DNA of 64,000 bases. Source: the human T2T-CHM13v2.0 reference genome, Homo sapiens. A program made the translations under genes and the position numbers. Every line of letters starts with the position of its first letter. The stretch's first letter is position 1. The stretch lies in assembly GCF_009914755.1 (NCBI RefSeq), contig NC_060933.1; one strand, written 5' to 3'. A model generated the notes under the pieces. The model did not search any database. It saw nothing but the letters and a program-made list of their open reading frames with translations, and was not told the DNA's origin. This document shows, piece after piece, positions 1-20,947 of the stretch.

Positions 1-499
1 TAGCTGAGAATTTCCTAGAATAGAAAAAAGACATGAATCTTTAGATTAAAAGTATGTAGTCATTTTTGATCAAGATAAAGAAGAATCTACATCAAAACCT
101 TTCCAAAAATATTGCAGAACATTGCTGCTAATGCAAACAAGTTTTAAACTACTTGAGGGAAAGCCATGACATGTAGGAGTGATAGCAGACTTCATATTTA
201 TGTTAATAGATACCACAAAACAATGCAGTAATATCTTTAAAGTTCTGGGGAAAGAAAATTATAAATAGGATTTTGAGAGTGAGGGCAACATATTTTTTTC
301 AAAGACTACAACTTAAAAACCCACAGAGCCCCACTGAAAGGTCTACTAAAAGATACATTTCAGCAGGAAAAAGTGAGTCCTGAAGGAAGACCCAAAACAA
401 TGATGAGCACAAAACAATCCAAAGTCAGTGGTGAGCACAAACTGATAAAATTCTAGCAAATTTACTCATTAATGCTAAGAACTTCGTTTAAATTAACTT

Positions 500-3400
500 T
501 CTATCTTTTCAGAAAACCAACTCTTAGATTTGTTAATCTTTTCCATCATTTTTATAGTTTCTATGTCATTTATTTCTGCTGTGAACTTCATTTTTTCCTT
601 CCTTCTGTTAGCTTTGGGCTTTGTTCTTCTTTTTCTAGTTCCTTGAGGTGTAATGTAATGTTGTTTGACATCTTTCTTCCTTTTTGATGTAGGTATTTAT
701 TGCTATAAACTTCCCTCTTATAACTGCTTTTGCTGCATTTAATACTGACTATAATAAGATACGATGTAATAGATTTCAAGGAATTATGTATTTTTGAATA
801 AATTAATTCTTTAAAGTTGCATATCCAGTTGCAGATGAACTTCAAAAATCTTGCAGTTTTATATCTGTTACAGTAATTGCCAGGTTTTGTTGTTGTTGTT
901 TTGATACATTAGAAGTTCTAGAATTGTTATATCCTCTTGATGAATTAATCCCTTTATCATTCTAGAATTACCTTGTCTCTTTACTGTTTGTGACTTAAAG
1001 TCTGTTGTATCTGATATACCTTTGCATGGAATATCTTTTTCTATCCCTTTACTTTCAGTCTATGTGTATCTTTAAAGGTGAGATGAGGTTTTGTAAGTGG
1101 CATGTAGTTGGGTCATGTTTTTTAATCCATTTAGCCATTCTCTATCTTTTAAGTGGAAAGTTTAATCTATTTACATTCAAGTTTATTCTTGATATGTGAA
1201 GGCTTATTCCTGTCATTTTATTAATTGATTTCTGGTTGTTCTGTAGGTCCTTTGTTCTTTTCTTTCTCTCATATTGTTTAGCATTGTGGTTTGTTGGTTT
1301 TCTATAGTGATAACATTTGAATCCTTTCTTGTCTGTGTGTGTTTGCTTTACCAGTGGGTTTGATACTTTCGTCATCTGTTTTTCATAATGGTAGTAATTG
1401 TCCTTTTTGTTTGTTTGTTTGTTTCTTTTTTGAGACAGGGTTTTGCTCTTGTTCTGTCCTCCAGGCTGGAGTGCAGTGGTGTGATCATGGCTCACTGCAG
1501 CCTCGACCTCCATGGTCTCAGGTGATCCTTCTGCCTCAGCCTCTCAGGTAGCTGGGACTACAGAAACCTGCCACCATGCCTGGCTAATTCTTTTGTATTT
1601 TTCGTAGACATGGGGTTTTGCCATGTTGTCCAGGCTGCTCTTGAACTCCTGGGCTCAAGCAGTCTGCCTGCCTCAGCCACCCAAAGTGCTAGGATTACAG
1701 GCTTGAGCCACTGTGCCTGGCCTGACATTGTTCTTTGACTTCCATATGTAGAACTCCCTCAAGCATTTCTTGTAGGTCTGGTCTAGTAGTGTTGAATTCC
1801 TCAGCTTTTGCTTGCCTCAGAAAAACTATTTTTCCTTTGCTTAATGAAGGATAATTTTGCTGGGTATAGTATCCTTGACTTGCAGGTTTTTTTCTTTCAG
1901 CACTTTTCATATATCGTTCCATTCTCTTCCTGGCCTGTAATGATTCTGCTGAGAAATCTGCTGTTAGTCTGATGGAGCTTCCCTTAGAAGTGACTAGACT
2001 CTTTTTTCTTGCTGTTTTTAGAATTCTCTCTTTGTCTTTGACAAGCTGTTGTCTCTGACAACAGTTCTCTCTTTGTCTTTGACAAACTGTTGACAGTTTG
2101 ACTCTAATGTGTTGTGGAGAACCTGTTGGAATTTTGTCTTTTTGGGGATCTCTGAGCTTCTGTATCTGAATGTCTAAATCTCTTGATATACTTGGGTAGT
2201 TTTCAGCTATTATTTCATTAACCAGGTTTTCTATTCCTTTTGTATTTTCATTGTCTTCTAGAATACTGAAAATTCTAATATTAGGTTGCTTTATGGTATC
2301 CCATATGTCATGCAGGCTTTGTTCATTCTTTTTTCTTTATTTTTGTCTAATGGGGTTATTTCAGAAGACCTGTCTTCAAGTTCAGAAATTCTTTCTTCGT
2401 AGATGCTCTAGAATGTATTTTTTATTTCATTAAATGAATTCTTCAGTTTCAGGGTTTCTTGTTTTCTTTTTAAATGATATCTCTCTCTTTGGTAAATTTC
2501 TCATTGATATCCTGAGTTGTTTTTCTGGTTTCTTTGTATTGTTTATCTGTATGCGTTTGTATCTCCCTGAGCTTCTTTAATATCATTATTTTTAATTCTT
2601 TTTCTGGCATTTCATGAATTTCTTTTGCATTGGAATCTTTTGGTAGAAAATTATTTTGATCCTTTGGAGATGTCATATTTCCCTATGTTCCCATGTTTCT
2701 TGTGACCTTACTTCTTTGATATCCACACATCTGGTGTAATCATCACTTCCATTTTTTTGAATTTGCTTTCATAGGGTAGGACTTTTTCCTGAAGATTTGA
2801 CTGGGGTGTTTGTTGGCCAGGGCACTTTGGGTTTGAATCTGGGTGCATGCAGTAGTGTAGTCTCTGTAAGATTTTTTTTCCTTTGTAAACAGCATCAGTG
2901 GTGTCTGTGATTTCCTCAGTGGCATAGTGTGTGGTTGTGGAGGCTGTGGTGAACTTTTGCTGGGGATGGTGACACCAGCTGGACTGATCCTCAGTCCTCA
3001 GTTGTGGCAGCAGTTGGACAACCATGCCTGTACATTAGCCCCAGGGTGGCTTACATTAGTAATGGTGTTAGTGGGTCCAGGCAGTCCAATTTTTGGGTCT
3101 CCAGGTGACTTGTTTGGGTACCAGGAGTGGCAGTGATGGGCTGGGCAGCTGAGTGGGTCCACAGGCCCCTGGACAGTGAGCATGGCATGGGTTATGTCAG
3201 TAGCAGTGGTAGGAGAACCTCTGGCTGTCCAGTTGTCTGTGCTTATGTCGGCAGTGACGGCGATTGGCTGGGTAGGCAAGTCCTAAAACCTGCAGGTGGC
3301 AAGTGTGAGTGGGAACCAGCTGTGGTGGTAGTGGCAGGTTGGGTGGGCCACATCCTCAGACCCCCAGGTGGAATGCTCAGTTGACACTGGACGTGGACAA

Positions 3401-4420
3401 ACTGGTGCGATCCCAAGGCCCCCAGATAACATGCTTGGATACGTGGGAGTGGGGTGCTGAGCTGGGCAGGGTGAGAGTATCCTCAGGCCCTCCAGTGGTG
3501 TTAGCAGGTGCTGTTTGTGGTGGGCAGGAGCAGGATGATTTCCAATTTCCTGGTGGAATGTTCAGGTGGGGGCAGCAGTGGCTGTGCTGTGCCCTGATGC
3601 TGGGGAGGGTGCGGTTGCTGTCAGTGGGAGCAGTTGTAGGGAGTTGGCTAAGGAGTGTGCACTGCAGCTGCAGGTGGAGGCTGTAGATGTGATGAAGCTG
3701 TACTCAGGGTGCATGCAAATTTGCATTTTGACACCTAGCGGCAGCAGCCTGCAATGGTGGCAGCTGTAGGTGGTAGAGCTTGTCCTCAGGGCACATACCA
3801 ATATATGGCAGCCCTTCTGCTGGGAGCAGTGGGGTTATTGCCAATGGCTTGTGCTTTGGTCCCAGAGGCGGCAGCCAGCAATGGAGGTGACTGTCGGTGG
3901 AGGATGTCAGTGGGGCTCTAGGGGTGTGGATATGCAGGGGCTGTTGGGCTCCAGGGTAGGAGGCATTCTGGTGTGGGTTGGGCTTTAAAAATGGCACCGT
4001 GCTGTAGCTGCTTAGGACTCAGGGGTGTGTTGGACCAGCATAAGCTCCCTCTCTAAAGCAATGTCATTGTGCAGTCTCCAGGCAGCTCCCTATGTTACTC
4101 CCAGGGCCCATGAAAGTTGACGGGCTCTCTTGTGTCTGGGATTGCAGGAGTTTGCAGTGAAAATGTGGGCCACTGGGAGTCTCTCACTTACTCTTTCCCC
4201 ACATTGTGCAGGCTCTCTAGGCTACTGGCTGATCCTGGCTGAGCAGGCTGCCCCACTTCCCTCTCCTTCCTTGCTTTAGGTGTTTTCTATCACTTCTCTG
4301 TTGAATTTCCGTGTTCTCTCTTAGATGACCTATTCAAAGTGTGATTATCTACTCGCTATTTTGGTTCTTCTTTGTGGAGCAGGTGAGTACCAGATAACTC
4401 TAGTCAACCTTCTGGACCCC
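500..4420 (-). mobile_element. Old L1M element (5'UTR, ORF1 and start of ORF2), interrupted by an Alu
   Basis: Minus-strand ORF remnants (ITLHLKELEKEEQS, TTRPDLQEMLEGVL, EMPEKELKIMILKKLREIQ); GC-richer 5'UTR at 2800-4420. Confidence 0.75.
1405..1722 (-). mobile_element. AluJ-like
   Basis: Dimeric Alu, T-rich tail first, CpG-decayed. Confidence 0.85.
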
Positions 4421-4709
4421 TCTTCCCCCAATTTGAGATCTCTTCTTCTGTTGTCTGTAACTGAGTTTAATGCTTGTTTGTTCATGTTAGGATTTTATAT
4501 CATCGTCCTCAATTAGGTTGTTAACTGGAATTTTATAATCTTTGTCCACAGGAAGTTTAAAATGTATGATTTCTTGCATTGTGCTTTGTATGTAGTAGTA
4601 CACGATATTTATCCAGTTAATGGATTTGACAGCCATTGCTGTCAAGGAGCAGTCCTTCTTTGTGTATGAAGGGTGCCTTATCAATATTATTTCCATTTGT
4701 AACTTTATT

Positions 4710-5016
4710 TATTTATGTATTCATTTTTGAGACAGGGTCTTGCTGTGTCACCCAGACTGGAGTGCGGTGGAGTGCGGAGGTTTGCTGCAGCCTCATCCTC
4801 CCAGGTTCAAGCAATTCTTCCGCTCCACTCCCAGAGTAGCTAGGACTACAAGTGCGTGCTGCCACGCCCAGCTAATTTTTTTCTTTTGTATGTTTTTGTA
4901 GAGATGAGGTTTCACCATGTTGCTGAGGCTTGTCTCCAACTTCTGGGCTCAAGCTATCTGCCCGCCTCGGCCCCGCAAAGTGCTAGGATTACAGGTGTGA
5001 GACACTGCGCCCAGCC
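4710..5016 (-). mobile_element. AluJ-like, ending 30 nt upstream of exon 3
   Basis: Alu body; TSD CATTTGTAACTTTATT at 4694-4709 and 5017-5032. Confidence 0.9.
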
Positions 5017-5046
5017 CATTTGTAACTTTATTGTTTTCTCTTACAG

Positions 5047-5305
<259 letters not shown>

Positions 5306-6109
5306 TAAAAAACAGCATTTTCCTTTTTATGCATGGATTGTTTTAATTATGCTATGCTAATACTAGGTACATGCATAATATATATTTTTATTTTTTTAAT
5401 GCTTGTATGGCTGGCGTGTGTGTTTTCACATGCATAGAAAATGAAAGTGTTACTGGAGTACAATTTATGGTGAATCTGCCTTGGGCTAGGTATCAAAACA
5501 AATTGATGCCCATAAATGTTTGCTGACTATTCTTTATAATTACATATAAGGTGGTTAAAAAATCCTGTCATGGGCTATCTCATGACATAAGGTAATATTA
5601 AAGCTAGATCCTGAGAGCAACATGAAAGCAAAAAATTAATGTTTTGAAATATGTATTTGATTTAAAATCTTGATTAAATGGCTGACAAACCATCATTTTC
5701 TTCTAGTTAGCTTCTGAAGACCTCTGCCAATCTTTCCTCATATATATTTCTTATGTCTTTGGTGTATCTTGAAATCATTTTTACTCTTGAGACCTGATTA
5801 TATTATCTATGGACCAAAACTGTGAACCAGAGAACTCTTTCTATAGAGCTAACACATTTTACTAGACCACTGAGGTTACTATAGAGCCTATTATCATGGT
5901 ATCTCATTTTTAAATGTTCTTTTAATAGAAAGACTAGTTGACACTATTTTGAAGAATAGTCGTATGATTTTATTTGTAGAGGCAAATTAAATGTCTAATA
6001 TAGTATTTATAAGAATGTATGATTACATCAATTTATTCTCTTATTTAAGATCAGTATAGGTCAGAATAACCATTAACTGTAAGTTGGAGGAAGCTAGGTA
6101 CATTTCAAG

Positions 6110-6900
6110 TTCCTTCTAGCTATTTTGAAAAATACAATACATTGTTGTTAACTATAGTCACCCTACTCTTCTATCAAACATTTGAACTTGTTCCTTCTGT
6201 CTGTATTTTTGTGCCCATTAACCAACATCTCTTCATTTCCCTCTTCCCACCCATATAACCTTGCCAGTCTCTGCTACCAATCCACTCTACCTTCATGTGA
6301 TCAACTTTTTAGCTCCCACATATGAATGAGAACTTGTTATATTTGTCTTTCAGTTCCTGGCTTATTTCACTCGACATAATGACCTTCAGTTCCATCCATG
6401 TTGCTGTGAATGACATGATTACATTCTTTTTTACGATGCCACTGGGCCCCAGGGGAGTACGCATTCTGTTGTGAGCTGGGCTTCAAAATATCACCTTGCT
6501 GTAGCTGCTTAGGACTCGGGGGGAACGTGGGACCCAGTGTGAACTTCCTCACTGGAATAGGAAATGCTTTTGTGCTGTCTCTGGGCAGCCCTCTATGTGA
6601 ATTTTTTGTCCTGCAAGGGGCTAGGGTCTCTCCTGTGACTAAAATTCCAGGGGTTCACAGTAGGAATGTGGACCATTGGGCATCTCTCACTTAACCTTTC
6701 CCTGTGTGGAGTCTCTCCTAGCTTCTTGCCAATCCCGGCTGGGCAGGCTGTCTTGTTTCGTCTCCTTCCTTGCTTTTCTGTTGAATACCAGTGTTCCTCT
6801 TGGATAATCTACTCAAAGTGTGATTATATACTCATGGTTTTAGTTTTTAGTGGGGAAGTGGATATGAGAGACCTCTGTTCAGTTATCTTGACTATATTGT
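6110..6900 (-). mobile_element. L1MA-like 3' end fused to an L1M 5' end
   Basis: 6110-6437 resembles an L1MA 3'UTR; 6440-6900 aligns with the L1M 5' end at 3950-4410. Confidence 0.6.
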
Positions 6901-6945
6901 AAAGTCTGTATTTTTTGTTGTGTGTAGTCTCTGAAATCTCTGATC

Positions 6946-7418
<473 letters not shown>

Positions 7419-8622
7419 ACAGATTTTATTGAATTCCTAGGGCCAAAAGAAAATAATAGAAAAGAACAAAAAACTCTTTCAGTCTTTGCAGATTGGCTCT
7501 GTGTTGGGGCACTCATTCAGTGTTTACCCAGTCCATTTACAACTCTGCCTTAGCCTTCCCTTCCTGCTTGTGCTGACTCTAAAGAACAGCTTGAGGTGAA
7601 AGCTTAGGGTCTTTTCTTCTAAGTTCTGTTCCTTGGGCATGCATATGGCTTTTCTACTCTCCAATACATAGAAATGCTTTTCAGTGCTGTCATTTCCCAA
7701 ATAAACTCTCCTCTGTCATCTCTGTTTTGGTTTTCAGTGTGTTTATTGTTTGCCTCAACTTTAGACCTCTGCCCCAGATAGCAACAGCTTGTTCATTTGC
7801 AATGTTTTCAATGAATATCTTCTGTGAAGCTGCTTTTCTGCCCTGAGAAAGTCCTGAATTAAGTGGAACATAGGTGTGCTCTTTGCATCATTTCTTCAGT
7901 CAGTCCCCAGTCAGGGCAAAAGAGAGAAAAACAGTTTTTTGAGATTAAGGTTGGCTCTGTTCACTCCAGAGCCAGGGACCAGAGTTTCACACTGGGAGCA
8001 CCAATTGCCATCTTCAAGACTTTGCTTAACTAGGGGGAGTGGAGCCGGGGCTGGTGGGCAGGACATGGGCGTAGTGGGTGGTTAAGGGAAAGTAAAAATG
8101 CTGCACAACTTTCCTGCCATTTTTAAGTGGCTGTTTTCTTGATTCAGCATTTATCTGATTGCTGCATATCTTTGCCTATTTTCTGTAGTTTATATGAAGT
8201 TCATTCTGACAGTTTTTACTCATTTTTTTTTTCCTGTTTCTGGGAGAAGGATAGGTCCTTGGAACTACCTACTCCACCATTTTCACTGATGTTACTCTTT
8301 TACTTTTCTAATCATGGAAGTAAAGTTTAAGATTTTTCTATCTATATTGGTGAGATTACCCTTGGTATCGTAGTCAAACTAAATTCACAAAATGTGTCAA
8401 TTTCTCTGTTCGCTCTTGGTCTATTCTCTGTGATAGTATACTTAAGATGGAATTGTCTTTCATGTTTGGTTGAACTCAAATATAAATCTTGTCTGGGCCT
8501 GATGGTGGTTTTTTCTTTCTTCATTGTTATTTTGTTATTCTTCTTCCTTCCCTTCTTCTGTCTCTTTCTTGCTCCTTCTTTCTTTTCTTCTTCTTTTGTT
8601 TAAGTGGATAGAGTTTGTTTCC

Positions 8623-8904
8623 TTTTTTTTTTTTTTTGAGACTGAGTCTTGCTCTGTTGCCCAGGCTGGAGTGCAGCAGCATGATTATGGCACACTGCCA
8701 CCTCCGCCTTCCAAGTTCAAGTGATTCATTTCCCTCAGCCTCCTGACTAGCTGGACTACAGGCACCCACCACCACACCCAGCTAATTTTTGTATTTTTGG
8801 TAGAGACGGGGTTTGCCATGTTGGCCAAGCTGATCTCAAACTCCTGACTTCAGGTGATCCACCTGCCTCGGCCTCTCAAAGTGTGTGAGCCACTGCACCC
8901 AGCC
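8623..8904 (-). mobile_element. AluS-like
   Basis: Poly-T followed by Alu reverse complement. Confidence 0.85.
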
Positions 8905-10286
8905 AGAATCTATTTCTTTAATGGTTATAGTTCTGTTGAAGTTTTAAATTAATGAATCTTTTTAAAGTTACATTTTCACAAAAATTGTCCATCTGTCTAT
9001 ATTTTCAAGTTTATTGGCATAATGTTGTTCTAGCACTCTTTGTCTTCATAACTTATAATTATGCTTTTTAAAAGTTCTTAGTGTTTATCTGTGCCTCTTT
9101 TTTTCTTATTATCCTTGACAAAGATCTATTTTGCAAAGAATCATCTTTTATTTTGTTACTTCTCCCTATTGGATTTTTATCATGTCCATCTCTAACCTTT
9201 CTTTGGGATTACTCTATTGTCTTCTACTATATTGAGTTAGATACTTAGATCATTTGCTCTTATTTTCTAATATAAGCAGATAAAGCTACAATTTTTCCTC
9301 TTGAGTTTCACCTTAGTTGTATTCCACAATTTTTAGTACATGATATTGGTAATCATTATTCATTATAAATGCCTCCCAGTGTATTTTTCCTTTGACTTCT
9401 GAGTTATTTGGAAGTTATTTGTAAATAAAAGAATGAATGCAAGTATACTGTTTAAAAGTTGCTGCTAAATAATGTTATTATAAATAACTTACCGAAATTA
9501 TTACACATCTGTAAGTAGACGGTCGTGTTAATAATTTAAATTAAGAATTTAAGTCTTTCTTGTCAGTTTGTCATTTGTGCCGTTTCTATCTACAGTGGAA
9601 AATAGTGAAAACATAACTAGAATAAAATACTTTTGTGTTCTGTGAGCCTTATGTTTTAAATATATAGGATTAAAAAAATTTTACATATTCATTTCTGATT
9701 TAATTGAAGTGTGGTTAGAGAACATGGTATGAATGGTTATTCTGTGGAACTTCTAAAGACTTGTTTTGAGTTCACGTGATTGTTGTGTTTGTGCTTGTGT
9801 GTGTACGTGTATGCGTATGTGTGAATGTTCTATATATGCTTGAAAATAGCTTGTATTATTTACTTGTGTGGTTTAGGTATTCTCTTGGTTTTTTAGTTCA
9901 GTGGCTTTCAACCATTTGTTGATGTACCTTCTAAAATATCTTTTAAGAAATTACATATGCACTCACATTTTAAGTTGATATTTAAAATTTTTCATTGTAA
10001 ATTAAAATAGCCCAAAGGACATAATTATTAATGTATTGTGTAAAACTTGACACATTGTTCTTTTAAGAGTATTCATGACTTCTAAATATTTTTGTGATTT
10101 GATACCTATTAATTAAAACAACTCCTTCTGTGCAACCACATGCAAGCATGGATTTTTATTATACCTCCAGTTCAGGGAAACTTGAAAATTTGAACCAACC
10201 TTTCTATAGAGGACAACTGAAGAAACCAGATGAAATGTTTTAAAAATATCTGCTTGAAAGAGTCTCAGCAGTTATATTTTAAAATA

Positions 10287-12684
10287 CTGACACACCTCGG
10301 AGATATTGTGGGTTTGGTTCCAGACTATCGCAGTGAAGCAAATATTGCAATAAAGCAAATCACATGAAGTTTTAGGTTTCCCAGTGCATATAAAAGTTAT
10401 GTTTAAATTATTCTGTAGTCTGTTAAGTATGCAATAATATTATGTCCAAAAAAGTACATACCTTAATTTAAAAATACTTTATTGTCAAAAAGCACTCATA
10501 ATCATCTGAGCCTTCAGTGAGTCATAATCTTTTTGTTAGTGGAGAGTCTTGCCTTGATGTTGATGGCTACTGACTGACCAGGGTGGTGGCTGCTGAAGGT
10601 TGGGTGGCTATGGCAATATCTTAAAATAAGACAATGAAGGTTGCTGCATCAGTGGACTCTTCCTTTCGTGAAAGATGTCTCTGTAGTATGCAATGCTATT
10701 TGATAGCATTTTACCCGCAGTAGAACTTCTTTGAAAATAGGAAGTTGATTCACTCAAACCCTGCCACTGCTTTGATTAAGTTGATGTAGTATTATAAATC
10801 CTTTGTTGTCATTTCAACAATATTCACAGCATCTTCACCAGGAATAGATTCCATCTCAAGAAACCACTTTCTTTGCTCATCCATAAAAAGCAATTCCTTA
10901 TATGTCCAAGTTTTATCGTGAGATTACAGCAATTCAGTCACGTCTTCAAGCTCCACTTCTAATTTTAGTTCTCTTGTTACTTCTACCACATCTGCAGTGA
11001 CTTCCTTCACTGAAGATTAAATCCCTCAAAGATACCCATGAGAGCCAGAATCAGCTTCTTCCAAACTCCTGTTAATGTTGACATTTTGACCTCCTCTCAT
11101 GAACTACAAATGTTTTTCATGACGTCTAGAATGGTGAACTCTTTCCATAAGTTTTTTTATTTACTTTGCTTAGATCTGTGAGAGGAAACACTGTGACAGC
11201 CATAACCTTACTAAATGTGTTTCCCAAATAATAAGATTTGAAAGTCAAATTGCTCCTTATCCATGGGCTGCAGAATGGATGTTGTGTTAGCAGGCATGAA
11301 AACAACATGAAATTCAATGTACATCTTCATCAGAGCTCTTGGGTGACCAGGTGCATTGTCAATGAGTAATAATACTTGGACAGGAATCTTTTTTTCTGAG
11401 CTTTAGGTCTCAACGGTGGCTTAAAATATTCAGTAAACCACGCTATATACAGATGTGCTATCTTCTAGGCTTTGTTGTCCCATTTATAGAGCACAGGCAG
11501 GGTAATTGAGCATAGTTCTTAATGGCCATAGATTTTCAGAATGGTCAATAAGCATTGGCTTCAACTAAAAGTCACTTGTTGCATTAGCTCCTCAGAAGAG
11601 AGTCATTCAGTTCTTTGAAACTTTGAAGGCAAGCACTGACTTCTTTCTAGCTATGAAACTACTCCTAGATGGTATCTTCTTCCAATAGAAGGCTGTTTTG
11701 TCTACACTGAAAATCTATTGTTTATCAGTGATCTTTGTTAGATCTTTGGATAACTTGCTGCATCCTCTCCATCAACACTTGCTGCTTCACCTTGCACTTT
11801 TATGTTAGGGACATGGTTTCTTTTCTTAAACCTCATGAACCAGCCTCTACTAGCTTCTTGCTTTTCTTCTGCAGCTTCCTCACCTCTCTCAGCCTTCATA
11901 GGTTTGAAGACAATTAGGGCCTTGCTCTGGTTTAGGGTTTGGCTTGAGGGAATATTGTGGCTGGTTTGATCTTCTATCTAGACCACTCAAACTTTTGTCA
12001 CATCATGAATAAGGCTGTTTTGCTCTCTTATCATTTATGTATTTACTGCAGTCGCATTTTTAATTTCATTCAAAAACTTTTTCTTTGCATTCAGAACTTG
12101 ATTGACTGGTGCAGGAGGCCTGGCTTTTAGCCTCTCTTGGCTTTTAATAATACCTTCCTCACGTAGTTTAATTATTTCTAGCTTTTGATTTAAAGTGAGA
12201 GATATGAAACTCTTTAATATATGAAACTCTTCCTTTCCCTTGAATGCCTAGAGGCCATTGTAGGATTATTAATTGGCCTAATTTCCATATTGTTGTGTCT
12301 CAGGGAATAGAGAGGCCTAAGGAGAGGGAGAGACACAGGAATGGCTGTTGCTGGAGCGGTCAGAACACACACAGCATTTGTTGCTTATGTTTGTCATCTT
12401 ATATGGGCACGGTTCATAGCGGCCCCAAATGATTACAATTGTAATGTCAAAGATCACTGATCACAGATCATCATAACTGATATAATAATAAAAAAGTTTG
12501 AAGTATTGCAAGAATTACCAAAATGTGACATAGGGACACAAAGTGAGCACGTGCTGTTGGAAAAATGGTGCTGACAGACTTACTAGATTCACACTTGCTC
12601 TAAATCCTTATTTTGTAAAGAAAAAAACCCCACAATATCTGCAAAGTACAATAATGCAGGGTGCACTAAAATGAAGTATGTTTG
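10287..12684 (-). mobile_element. Tigger1 (TcMar) full-length copy 1, intron 3
   Basis: About 2.4 kb, TA flanks, degenerate CAGGCATACCTC TIRs, degenerate transposase on - strand. Confidence 0.9.
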
Positions 12685-12720
12685 TATAAAAAAAGATTGT
12701 GATTAATAATTCAGTTGTAG

Positions 12721-13005
<285 letters not shown>

Positions 13006-14856
13006 TAAAGTAACTCACTTAATGCTAAAAGGCAAAATGGGAGAAATTATCAAATATTTTTTAATTGCAAGGTACTTAATACCAGATACCTGAACCAATT
13101 AGTTAGCACTCATTTAAGATTTCATTTAAGATTCTATTCTGTTTCTCCATCAGAGAAACTGTTTATACATGTTGTGTAAGTAGAATACTCTGAGAATAAA
13201 GCTGTTTTGGTGGGATGCCACTTAACTCCTTATGATTATAATTAAATAAGTAAACAAAATCACAGTGGCCTTTATTAACAAAATCCTAAATGTTTGGGAT
13301 ATTGCTGGTTTGTGCAGCGTTTTGTGCAATAGAATGCAATTTCACATCTTATCTTTATAAAGAACTTTTTAAAAAGTTGACGTGAAGAAAAGAGACTTTT
13401 CCCAGTGTGTATTTGCAGCCTCAAATTGTAAGTTAATTTATATAATTTATGGTAATGTGTAATGCCTATTTAGAGAAATCTAGAAGTATTTTTTTGCTCG
13501 AAAGGATGAAACAAAGATACGTTTGATTTGTGTCTCACAAATACCTGTGATTTTTCTAAGCATTTATATACATATATATATAATTCATCATAACTTCATG
13601 AGGTGTTAAGATTTCCACATTAAAGATAAAGAATTTGGAGCACTGAGAAGTAATATTACTCAAATTTATTCATGGTCACACAGGTAGGAATTGGGAGTCA
13701 GGTTCAAATCCAAGCCTGGTTTGCTTCATAAGCTTGCCTCTTAATCACCTCATGTGTACTTCATTAAAGAGATAATGTATATATAATATTTATTATTGTG
13801 CCTATCACTTGGTGCTCTCTCAATAAATTTTAGTATTGTTTTGCTTCTTTCTCTTCCCCTATTCTATATAAAAATATGCAGTTGGATGTGTTTGCATTTA
13901 CTGATGTCTAATGTATAATTTGCACTGAGTTCAAAAAAATATTTTTTATATAATTATTGAAAAGACAATTGGTGAAAAAAATAAATGTTCAAAGAAATAA
14001 TAGATGTACAAAAATCAACAGCATTCTTATATGCAAGCAACCAGTTATATAATAGATAAAGAAGATCCTATGCAGTGTAGCTACAAAAACCCTTAACTAA
14101 CCAGGAATGGTCTTAATAAGAAAAAACAGAAGACAGTATAGGAAAATTAGAAAGTTATTTGAAGAATATGAAGAATTAGGACATAACATTGGAATGGGGA
14201 GATGGAATATTACAAAGATCAATTTCTCTTATGCTATATCCTTAGCTCTAAGCCAATCAAAATCCTAACAAAGGCATTTTACGGAATTTGACACATTACT
14301 ATGTAAATTGAGAATTATTAAATAAGATAGCCATGAGAAAGAAGACTTACCTGGCAATTGTAAAATATTTTGTCCCAGGAGATATTTTCACATTATATGA
14401 AACTACAAAATGGTATCTATTATTAAAGCCACATAATTAAATTCAGAATCATAAACTAAATAATGAGAATGATGGGGCCAGTATATCTTGAAAGTACTCC
14501 TTCATACATATAGAAACATAATAATATGAAGAAATCTTTTCATATTAACGTGGAAGGGAGAGATTAGTCAACAAATGGTGGTAGAATAGTTGATTAGCTG
14601 TTTGAATAAAATTTTAGCTTCTTACTTTATAATGTATATCAGATAAATTATAGATTGATTAAAGATCAGATTGATATGTAAATAGAAATGTAAAGAAAAT
14701 CAAACTATAAAAGTCTGAATTGGAACTGAATTCAAGTCCTTGGGAAAATACCATTTAAGTTGCAAAACAATAGAAAAAATCATATGGGAATGACTGCAAT
14801 TGTCAACTATAAAAATTTTCAAATGTCTGAAGGTTTCCTCTTAAAATGAAAAGGCA

Positions 14857-20947
<6,091 letters not shown>

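Noticed and set aside
2700-4000. Cluster of overlapping ORFs in a GC-richer stretch
   Set aside because: Explained by an old L1M 5'UTR; CpG-poor, with no recognisable protein.
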